From NCBI GenBank assembly GCA_030141605.1, contig JAQGDQ010000093.1:310001-374000 (forward strand): a stretch of 64,000 bases of DNA. Reading direction: 5' to 3'. The notes below the pieces were generated by a model. That model saw only the letters and a list, made by a program, of their open reading frames with translations, was not told where the DNA came from and made no database searches. This document shows, in pieces, positions 24,893 through 36,500 of the stretch (positions are counted from its first letter, which is position 1; each line of letters begins with the position of its first letter). Source of the stretch: Tubiluchus corallicola (lineage: Eukaryota > Animalia > Priapulida). A program made the translations under genes and the position numbers.

Positions 24893-26537
24893 TATGCTAA
24901 AAAAATTCAGAATTGCATAAAATTATCATAAACAGTAACATTGAAAATTTTGCCGATGACGAAACCCGATATCAGATATCATAAAATATGGATGTCAGTA
25001 ATGTGGGTGACGACGATGGTGGCGATGACGACGATGATGATAGCCATAGTAAAAATCGTGATAATGATTTTGTTGGTGAGACAATGATGGCAATTAATTT
25101 GATAATGATGTTAAAATGAAAAGGATGATAATTATGTTACATCAATGACAATAACAGTGAGCATGCGATTCGAAATCACAGACGATGTAGCTGCTGTTAC
25201 TGTTGCAAATAATAATGATAATAAACTCTTTAGCCATTGGTTCTGTTTTCACCGTGTCTTGTTGGTTATCTTATCATTCTCCAGAATTTTCTGCTTCACA
25301 ACAGCTTTTCTCTCACAAGACCAACATCAGTCTTGCACATGTGTGTTGCCTTACCAAAATGTGAACTGTCCTTTCCAAAACAAGCATCAGTAATTGATTA
25401 AATAAAGTTATGACGATCTACCTGAATCGAATTCCTGATTGTGTAGAGGCAGAACAGGCCTAGTCACTACTGCGCTCATCTAATTTTCATTAATAATTAC
25501 AGTAACTGTAACTACTTATGAAGCTGCTTCTATGTGAATCAACGAACACGGAGATAATAAATTGCTGTATTCATTCAAAATCTTAGTAGCTGAAGCTTCG
25601 GGTCATAAAAAGCCGATCTACCTTGTATCATTCCAAGGACGGTCTTGTTTATGCCACGGGCAGAGAATCTGATATTTTATGGTACTATTATTTATATGAT
25701 CACTGAGCTAGCTCAATAAAATTATGTACCAAAAATTTATAACTGCAATCTATTATTGCGTGCTGTCTGAAGTTGTAGTAGTTATTCAACTTTTTTATTC
25801 ATTGAATTACTTTTTGTAATCTGAAATGGGACCTCGTTTTCTTGTTCAATGGTTATCTGCTTGTAGTGTTATCACGACCTATGTGTTTTTTAGTCTCATC
25901 TTTTAGAATTAGATTTAGAATTTAGAAATTATTAGATTTACCATGAGCATAAAATGTGTTACAATTAAAGTTTACAGAAAAGCGTTAAACAGGTTTTTAA
26001 ACAGAAAACGTTTTTAATTGATTTTTACTAAGGCTACTGGTATGCCTCTGGACAGCACGAAGAAGAAAAATCTTGTGTTGGAGCTGCCCAGATTAATGGT
26101 AAATTTGAGATAAAAGAACAAACAGGAGTGCATGAAATGATCTCTCTCTCTCCATCTTTTCTCCCTTTCTTTCTCTCCCCCTCTCTCTTTCCCTTTTCCC
26201 CCATCTCTTTCACTCCCTTTCTCTCTCCTCCCTCTCCTCGCTTACTCACTTACTCTATTGGAAACAGATATAAATTAGAATGTTGATAAGAAACACATGA
26301 TTGAAGCTAAGTGGAGCTGTTGGTACGATATTGTTGTGATTATTGACTGAGTCACGATAGTATTTCCAATGCACAGATATAGCCTAAATCATAAAAAAAT
26401 AAAAAAGAGGCACGGTTGATTGCCAATTATGTTTTATAGGGATGACATGACTGTTGTGAGTACATCCTTGAAGTAGTATTGGTAAGTGATCATTCGGAAT
26501 ATGTGGCAAATATGTATCTATTACATTGATTTGGATA

Positions 26538-26709
<172 letters not shown>

Positions 26710-27821
26710 GAGGAATCGGGAACACTAGGCGAGAAGTTGTTTAAGATTTTCTTTAATTTTTATGAATTAATAGAGAGGTCTTCATGCATTCTTCTAATTT
26801 ATTCCAAATTAAAGGTCTGTTGGTAGAAATAAAGTACTTACCAACGTTAGTTCTTGAAAAATTATCAGCGTACATTAACAATATACACATCTTTAACATC
26901 AATATACTTTTTTCGTTACTCTAGTGATTACATTTAATAGTAAATTACTGGTTCTAGTTCATGTACTGTTTGATCTTATTTGACTTGATTTCTTCAGTTT
27001 AGTTTAGTTTTGTTTAACTAAGAATAATAAAATGAAATATAATAAGAATTAATACTATTTAGTATAACTATAACAAGTATTGCCAGTAATAGAATTTATA
27101 GGCAATACGCTACTGTCTTTTTATTCAGTACCCAGGTAATACATTGATGGTGTGCATTGAAGCTGGGTAGAAAGTTAGGCCAAGTCTACTTTTATAAAAA
27201 TATAATAATTATACTTTAATTGATTAGTGGTTAGTGGTTAAAGGCTCGTCTAGACTACAACCATAGATATATTAAGTTACTAATGTCAAATGGAGGGAAG
27301 ATTACTTGTATTGGTTTTGTGCAGCTGCATGGCATGTAAAACAGTTTCTCCACTTTGAATCTAAATCTTATTTTTCATGCATATACACATGTATAGTTTT
27401 GAGTACAGTTTGTATAGCAGTGCACAGAAAGTTAAATTGATGGCAGATTAAAATTTAACAATACAACTCATATTTTGTCTGTTTAGTTTTGTTTCTAGAC
27501 ACGGCATTTTAAACATACCACGATAGGATTCAAAGGTCAAAAACACTTATTAGAGAATGCTTACAGGTGCGAAAGCAATTTGATTCAAGCACCAAGGAAA
27601 TAAAATTTGTAAAACAGTTCTGAAGAAAAATAATAAATTTCTCTAGTGAAAAGTTTTAACTTTTCAGGATGACGACTTTTATCGCACAGGTAAAGAGGAA
27701 ATTGAATGAGATATGTGGTAATAATACCTGAGAGTATTTGTTTACATTTTTAAAAAGTAATGAATATAGTTTATCTGTTGACACCAAAACTTAATATACT
27801 GGGTTATTTTCAGAAATTGAC

Positions 27822-27934
27822 TCTCATTAATCATTACATATGGGCAAAGTCAAGCAGAATAGCACATTTGGGTCAATTATTGACCTATATGTGCTATTCT
27901 GCTTGACTTTGCCCATATGTAATGATTAATGAGA
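27822..27934. repeat. 113-bp near-perfect palindrome
   Basis: 56-bp arms around T27878, two non-identical positions. Confidence 0.95.
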
Positions 27935-28041
27935 CCATCATCTCGCTTAGTAAGATTTCAATTTTTAGGTGCCATTTCAGTCTGTATGATAATGTAGTGT
28001 CATCTACATTGCTCATCTAGACTTAAGAAGTACCTAAGAGC

Positions 28042-28059
28042 ATGGATGATCGAGACTTG
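28042..28059 (+). CDS. HDAC6: Candidate HDAC6 start exon segment (MDDRDL) within candidate exon 27969-28059
   Basis: tttttag acceptor and gtaaag donor; ATG is in frame with 30419. Supported by sequence only. Confidence 0.35.
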
Positions 28060-28435
28060 GTAAAGTATATTTTTTCGTATTTCAAAAGCTACTGGATTTT
28101 GAACCAGTGCATTGAACATACATTAGAAAACATATCCTAGCAACACATTGCTTATATAATTTTACTCACTTCTCGCAGAAACCTTTCAGCTAAATAAACG
28201 CACACACCCTTTTGTGAAAGCTCCATAATTTACGCTACGATAATATTACAAGCAAGTACCCAACAAAGTTGAAATTTCATAGTGCGTTATCTGGAATTTC
28301 TGTAAAAAAGCTGTACAATGTCGCGCACAGACCCATTTGATGCTGGAGAACTGTTAAAGGCAAAAATCGTTGAAGAGGTTTTGTTGATTGTTGCTGGAAG
28401 AAACGCATTCGTCTAGTTTGCCTTGAACATGGTGG

Positions 28436-28837
28436 CAGGGTTCCCATGGTCGGCAAAAATCCTGGAAAATCCTTGAAAATACAGGCTATCCTGGAAAGTC
28501 AGGGAAAAAGATAATTTGGTAAAAAGTCTGGGAAAATGTTGAAGATGGGGCAAAAAGTTGCAGAAAAGGGTTGAAAAAATAATCACCTTGAACCGATATT
28601 TTTCCAAAAACATTTTTCAGCTACTCTTGTTCAAATAAAATTTTTCTATGACAGGCTCCCAGTTTCAATTTCTGTTCCAAAAATAATGATTGGCTGACAC
28701 ATTATATATCAATGTATGTATGAATGTGCATACACAAAAATGTTTGAATATGTACACCGGTAACACATAGTTTCTGCTTATTTTGCTCATGGAAAATCAA
28801 TATTTGGTCAGGGAAATTTATTTTGAGATTCTGTGGT
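28436..28837. mobile_element. MITE family A, copy lacking the terminal bases of one end
   Basis: Reverse-complement similarity to 2135-2545. Confidence 0.75.
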
Positions 28838-29279
28838 CCACTTGCTGTAAACTTTAACAATGTTTTTTTGACGTGAGGAATTTTTTCGTCGTTTATTTTT
28901 TCACTTGTTGATTTAAAACTTTTGTGTCTTTTGAAATTCTAAGGCAATGACCCAACACTTTGGTGTTTATACACAAGCGTATGTAACTTCATAAATTTAA
29001 TTTTCAAGAAGTTCGGTTATCTTCTTCTGATAATGTCCTAATCAAAACGAAGGCACATTTTTGTATGGACATAATAAGCACAAAACCACGAACCAATCAA
29101 TTTACAATCATGTAAATTATTTCTAATTGGACCCTTTTTCAACTCTAATGGAATGAATGTCACACCGCTTTGTGATTTTGGAAGTTCAAGTTCTTTCTTG
29201 GTTTTGACGCCTAAATTTTGCTTCAGCCTCTTTATGTTGTTCTGGTGTCAAGTTTGATCTGCTTGCTTCTACAGTATAT

Positions 29280-29800
29280 TAGAAAGATAGATAGGTAGAT
29301 TATTGACATATAGCCAACAGGGCCGATCAAAATAGTAATAAACATTTCATACAATAGATTACATTCATGTTCGAGTAAATTTTGCCACTTTACTTTGTGT
29401 AACAGTGTTTTCTGGTTGCGTCAAACAAAGCAGTTTTTCATTTTCCGGTTAAAGCATTAAAAGTAGAACACACTGAGAAACCTTGTTCAACATAAAGTTA
29501 CGTGCAATGTTGTGTCTTGAGCAGTACAATAAAAAATGGCGTTCATCATTCAACAATATTGCAAACACTACAAACTCAATTTTCACGTGGAGTAAGTGGT
29601 CTGACGTATCTACCAGTTTCAACTCCCTATTGATGAGCACTAGTTCTAAATTTTGTCAAAGCCTTTCTGTCTTTTATATTCTTAACATTTTCTAAATAAG
29701 TTTCCACTTCAAAATTCTGTTTGAATAATCTATAAAAAGATAATTTGCTCATAGAATTTAAAGACTCTCTCCGTGATATAACATAAATTGCTTTCAGTCT
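29280..29800 (-). mobile_element. Non-LTR retrotransposon 3' fragment (RTEX/CR1-group-like C-terminus)
   Basis: SKLSFYRLFKQNFEVETYL...RKALTKFRTSAHQ*GVETGRY...CSVC...DERHFLLYC, frameshifted; short (CTAT)n-like tail. Confidence 0.7.
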
Positions 29801-29810
29801 ATTAGTAATA

Positions 29811-30362
29811 CAGGCTGTCTCAAAAGTTACTATGCATGTTACATTTTCCATATCTTTTTAACAAATAAAGCGAAATGTTTGAGAATTGCTACAGATGAAC
29901 TAAAACTTTTGACAATTCTGTTAGTTAGTTTAGATGAAAACCTGAAAAGAACCACTGCACTAGTTGGTTTTACTATTTTCGCTACCTTCTTCAGGGATGC
30001 CAAAAGCTTCATGGACCAATCCAAAGGCAAGTCGGGCATCTTGCCTTGAGAAGGTCTCTCACAGCTCACGAGTGGTGAGGAACGGCTGCAGCTTGTTGAT
30101 AAACTACATTGTTAATAGTGAGAAAATAATGTGGTTCAACTGGTGCTCTGAATTTCTGCTAAACTTCAGTTGGTAATGGAAGGATTTCATGCCAGGCTGA
30201 TTTTGAACCTCATTTCTAGCATTACTGTCGTTGTCGTAGCAACGTGACTCCAGACAAAATATAAACATTTTGATTCATGTATGAACTTGTCGAACGAAAT
30301 TAGAAAAAATTTTAAAAAGGAAATTCGAAATTAAAGTGTATAGTGACTTTTCAGACACCGTG
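29811..30362 (-). mobile_element. Decayed Tc1/mariner element with transposase remnant
   Basis: TA-flanked TIRs; the minus strand gives NVVYQQAAAVPHHS*AVRDLLKARCPTCLWIG, resembling xFQQDGAPPH..VRDFL...WIG. Confidence 0.65.
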
Positions 30363-30418
30363 TATATATAGGCTGAGTGTAACCACTTTTGTTATCTTGA
30401 CAGACATAATTTTTTCAG

Positions 30419-30526
30419 ATGCCAGGTGGCAAATGTAGCAGGAAATTGCCAGCAGCGAAGGGCGCTGGCAAGGAGAAAAAAACAAAGAAGAAACAGAAGG
30501 AGTTTTTTCATATGATAGAACAGCTA
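30419..30526 (+). CDS. HDAC6: HDAC6 exon, Lys-rich N-terminus
   Basis: [36 protein letters not shown] with tttttcag acceptor and gtaagt donor. Confidence 0.8.
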
Positions 30527-33500
30527 GTAAGTAAAATTTGCAGACTCTTGAGCAGCATATATTGGAGAGTTCATCTTTTGTAAATGTTCTTCCAGAAAGG
30601 CGTTCTATTGAAGTAATTCTGCATTATCGCTATACAGTAAACTCAGTGTAACTCAAAACTGCTTAACTCAAATTTTCACCTAACTCAAAGAATTTCAGCT
30701 GAACAGATGAAATCCTTCATTTTCCCAGAAAAAAACATCGCTTACTCATAATTTCGCCTAACGCAAAGAATGGACGAAATCCTTTGTTTTTTTCCACAAT
30801 AAAACATTGCTTAACTTAAAATATCTAACTCAAAATTTCGCTTAACTCAAAGAGTTGCAGTGGAACAGATGAAATCTTTCGTTTTCACACAAAAAACATC
30901 GCTTAAGTCAAAACATATAACTTAAAATTTCGCCTTACGCAAAAAATTTCAACGGAACGGACAAAATCCTTTGTTTTTTCCACAATAAGACATGGCTCAA
31001 CTCAAAATATATAACTCAAAGTTTTGCCTAACTCAAGTAAAAAATCATGGTTCATTTAATCAATATACGTGTTATTTACTGTGCCTAACTCAAAACTGCA
31101 ATTTTTACTCTAGAAAAATAAAAAGTTTCGTACAACTCAAAAACAGTGACATCTTTCCGGAAAATTCTGATGTCTTACAAATCGCTGCTTTTGAATACTT
31201 GATGGAGAGTGTAAATAATTGAACTACACATGAACTGAACTGCAGTACGTAAAGGCATTGGTAGCCTCACTGTCATATTGTTTAATATTGTTGTGTATGT
31301 GTCCTTTCTATAACATAAAAAATCGTGTTTCACTACATAATTTGTTATTCTTTATGTAATTGTCGTCAAATCTCGTCGTTTATGTATTAGAAGGATTGAC
31401 TTTGTGCCTTCTATTTAGCTCGCTGTCTGGAGGTGATATTTAGAGTTTCTATGCTGGAAAATGGTCAACATCGCCTAACTCAAAATGTTACCTAACTTGA
31501 AGTTTTTCTGTCCCGTTGGATTTGAGTTATGCAGAGTTTACTGTGTAAACAAATTAAAGCAGTTAAGCGTATAATCTTAGGTCTGCTGCATAGTTCTTTA
31601 AGCATGATATTTTTCGCTTTTGAAGTAGAAAGCATATGACTGCAATTTAACTTGGGTCATTCTTGTTCTAAGCCTCCTGCCAATGAGCTTTGCACCTTCT
31701 AATAACGAAGTTGTTTTTACATCGTGGTCTTTGAATTAGTGATGTTAAGTGCTACAGTATCGAATCGATAATTATCGATACAATTTCGTATCGTCATTGT
31801 ACGATTTTCCACATCGCTACGAAAATTTTCCCTCTATTGTTATCGTACCGAATTTTCCAAACAAAAAGTCGTTATCAAACTGATAAAATTGTGTATCGCA
31901 GTCGTTTTCGTAGCGCCGTATTCGACAATTCACGAAAAATCTTCGCTAACACGTTTGAAAAACAAAAGTGCACCCGAAGTTTCGAAGGTTGCACATGATA
32001 GCGTCAATATAAAAGCAAGTTTGTTGCATCTGTTTTTACGAAATTATTATTATGGTGAAATCCTTCGGTTTTCTTTTTTTTGATTCTCATTCTAATAACT
32101 TATTAATAATTAGTAGAATCTTGGGAGCAGCCGAAGAATGCCCATGAAGCACGCCAGTTTTTGGGGTTTTGGAGTTACTATCGACGTTTTGTTCCTAGTT
32201 TTGCCTCTATAGCTAGTCCTTTGTCGAACTTGACAAAGAAAGATGTTCAATTCCTGTGGTCACCAGAATGTGATCAAGCATTCCAGGAGTTGAAAAGGCA
32301 ACTAACAAGTACTGAAGTTCTCCGTCATCCGGATCTTGGTCAGCCATTTACATTGACTACAGATGCCAATAAGACCGGATGGGGTGCGGTACTATCTCGG
32401 GGCCATGGTAAGCAAGAGCATCCAGTGTACTATGCATCAGGGAAATTTAGTGATGCAGAGAAAAACTACATAACTACTGAATGAGAGTTGTTAGCAGTGA
32501 TTAATGGAGTCAAAAAGTTTCAGCATTATCTTGTGGGGAAGAGATTCGTCTTAGTCACCGATCATAGATCCTTGCTTTGGCTACGAAAACTTAAAGATTC
32601 CAGTGGTCGCCTAGCTAGGTGGGTTTTGTGGTTAGACCAGTTTCATTTTGAAGTAAGACACAGATCTGGAGATCAGCTACCACATGTAGATGTACTGAGC
32701 AGAATCAGACGTATCTACACTAATGATGTATCTTTTGCGGAAGCCAATGGCAGTGACAAAGATCTTTGTTTACTTAAGCCTAAGCCTTCGCAAGATTTGT
32801 AGTCGGCTGAATTGAAATTTTATTTGCATCCAGTGAACTAGCTGTAGAGGCAAAACCAGGAACAAAACGTCGATAGTAACTGCAAAAACCCAAAAACTGG
32901 CGTACTTCATGGGCATTCTTCGGCTGCTGCCATGATTGAACTAATACTTAATTATTACACTCTATTATTATTAATTATTATTCTATTATTAGTTTATTAA
33001 TTTTTGTGAAAGTTAGAGCAAGAATTTTTTCTAAAAAGTTTTATACAATTGAAAATAACACCATTAAATAACAGTATTGCTCGTATTGTTATTAGTGTTT
33101 TGTCAGTATTAATATATATTAATATATATATATATATATATATATTATATTATAATTTTATAATAGTATATAAATTAACATAGTTAAACAAATGTTTTAT
33201 GTCGTTTTAAAATCGTATCGTATCGCTGATATTTTCTTGTATCAAAATTGAATCAAAATAAAACTGTATCGTATCGATTTACATTGCCACTTTGAATAAC
33301 TTTGTTGCTTGCCACAGAATGTGTTCGATGAACTAATTTAGCACTGTTTTGTTTTTTGCAGACTTTCAACCAGGACAAGCCGGTACCAGAAGGGTATGAT
33401 TTCTTTCCTAGATCATTGTACATCGTGCAATGTACATGTTAAACTTGATCAATAAAAAGCTTTCGCTGTGAAAAATAAGTCAGAGTTTGAGTCTTATAAC

Positions 33501-36500
33501 TCAAATGAGATGTGAATCTTATAAGCAGGGTTCCCATGGTCATGGAAAATCCTTGAAAATACAGGCTATCCTGGAAAGTCAGGGAAAAAGATAATTTAAT
33601 AAAATGTAAGGAAAATGATGAAAATGGGGCGAAAAGTCGCTGAAATTGAAAAGAGTTGAAAAGATAATCACCTTGAACCGATGTTTTTCCAAGCATATTT
33701 TTCAGCGATTCGTGTTCAAATAAAACTTTGCTATGGCAGGCTCCCAGTTTCAATTTCTGTTCTAAAAATAATGATTCGATTAAGAAAGTTTATTTAATGT
33801 AATCAGTGTAATTTCATTAGCACTACTGCAACTGTGCCATTGCATTATATATCAGTATGTGTATGAATGTCCATATACAAAAATGTTTGAATATGTGTAC
33901 TGATAATGCAATTTCTGCTTATCGTGGTCATGGAAAATCAATATTTGTTCAGGGAAAAGTCAGGGAAATTTATTTTAAAATTCTGTGAGAACCCTGTATA
34001 ACTCAGAGCTGAAACACATGTTTCTTATGACAGTGTGTTATAAGTAAACTTGTTGTTGTACGTGTGTAATATGAGATTTTAAAACACACATGTAAGCTTA
34101 CAACTATATTGTCTAGTAATAAGTAATAATATTTTTTGCCTTCAAAATAACAATCATATGTAGTATATAACAATGAGTTACAAAGTTTAGAGAAGGACGG
34201 GATGGCGAAAGATTAAAAGTTCATCTAGTCTGCCATCCCTAAATAGTGAGTCTACTAATTTCAGCATGGTGAGCAAATATTGTTAGAACAAAATAAAGAA
34301 TAGAATAGGAAACAGATCAAAATTAAATTAATAGCAAACAATTATGGTAAATAAAATGATGCAAATTTATGCAAAACAAAGTGAAAACAAAATTAGTAAA
34401 GCAGAATTCTATGGGCAAAACTAAGTAATCAAAAGCAAAATAGCTAACAAATTAAATTGACTATGCAATAGTGACACTAAAAGAAGCAAAGTTACATGTA
34501 CCTGTAAGGCCATACTGGTTTTAAACTAAATGAATAACAAATAACTGTATATTATTAATGCTATGTATCTATAACTGTTATTTGCTATATTTGTTCAAGC
34601 ATAAAATATTTGATGCTTATTATTTCTTGAAACAATTGTTCATGGTTAGTATAAGAAACTCGCTCAAAGCTAGTATGTGATGAATATGGATGAGCATTCT
34701 CTACTAGAAAGCGAATTCGAATCGAACTGAACTTCAGTATCGAAGTTTTCGAATCACCAGTAAGAATTAGTCTCAGGAAGATTGTGCATATTACTCAATT
34801 TTGTTCTGCAGTAAAACCACTGATAATATGCATAAAAGTTGTACACAGAAATCACAGCTAAATTGTGCTAATTGCACGGTATTTCAAACGTTTTAATGAT
34901 AAAGAACGCATGTGATTCAAGAGCTGACTTACTCGAATGTATAATTTTAGGTTCGAATCGAATTCGGCGAAAAAAACTCGTTCGAACTCGAACATTTGAT
35001 GTTCAACCCTAGTAATGAGTTGTTCAAACTACATAAATTACTGTAATAATTGCTGTGGGGGGATGACTAGATAGCTTGCTAACAGTGTTATCTAATTCAT
35101 ATTTAAAGTGAGACCATTTTTGTATCATTGTTATATACTACTCATGAATGTAGGCTATGTACTAAAGGAGTAACCAAAATTTTGGCATAAGGTTTACCTG
35201 CACCTTTATATTAGGACACATATCTTAGTTGTACACTGTAGAATAAACAGAAATTTGGACTATAAACTTAGATAGCTGCAAACATCCAATATGATCTGCA
35301 CAAGCTGTGGCAATTTGACTGCTAGTGTGTATTGTTGTTGTTATGTATTGTGAAGTAAACATTGTTATCTTTCTTGTTGCCTATAAGGCATCCGTCTCTT
35401 CTGGTCGCAGAAGAAATTTCCTATTCAAATTACTGTTACTTTATAATTGATGCCACTAAATTGCATTTGAATGTTAATTGTGTCTTATTGAAATAATACC
35501 GGGTGTTTCAAAAGTCACCATACACTTTGATGTCTTATTTCCTCTTTAAATGTTTCTCTCATCTCAGCAAGCTCTTACGTGAATGAAACGAGGGCCTTTG
35601 TCAATTTGTATTTATTTTTTGACTGGAACCCCATTGCTATGACGATGACAGTTTGTTGCACAGATTGCTGCTTTTACTTCTCTAGCCCATTGCAGTACAA
35701 TTATTCTCTTATGATAACGATAGTGTATGAAACATAATAATTTAATACAGTATGAAGTAACAATTTTGATGTCATTATATTGTACTGAATGTGATAATAA
35801 TAAAAACTTCTTCTTCGTCGTCGTGAGGCCCTGCGATCGGCAACTGAAGTTCAGTGAAAATTTAGAGCACCGTGTGGACCACATTTTTCTCTCACTGTTA
35901 ACAATGTAGTTTTTCAACTAGGTGCAGCCCCTTCTCATCAGCTGTGAGAGACTTTCTCAATGCAAGGTGCTCGATTTGCTATTAAACTGGTCTATGAAAC
36001 TCTCTAGGTCTCTAAAAACATTATGGAAAGTGGCAAAGTCTACTAGTGCGGCAGTTCTTATCAGATTTTTGTCTAAATTGGCTAAAGGAATTGCCCATGT
36101 ACAACTTTCAAACATTTTACTTTCTTTGTTAAAAAAGTATTGAAAACATAAACTGTATAGTGACATCTGAGACACTTATATTTATTAATTGTTCCTCAAT
36201 GCTATAGTTTAATAATCTTTATTTATGTAAGATTATATTCTGTTGGATTTCTAGCACTGGTTTAGTTTATGATGACAGGATGGCAAAACACCGAGAAATT
36301 CCCGGTGAAATTTACCCAGAATGCCCCGAGCGCGTCACAGAATCATACAGGCAATGCGAAGAATACGGTTTGGTTGAACGATGTGTGCGCATACCGGTAC
36401 ATATTGAAGTTTTTTAAAACATTTTGTAATAATTTACTAAAATTCGCATAAATTCTCTGTCTGAAATTAGTAAATTTATCTACTGCCAATCCATGGTTTT

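Noticed and set aside
32485-32487. Programmed readthrough or selenocysteine TGA in the Gypsy ORF
   Set aside because: It sits at the Arg of the conserved TERE motif; CGA>TGA decay is the simpler explanation.
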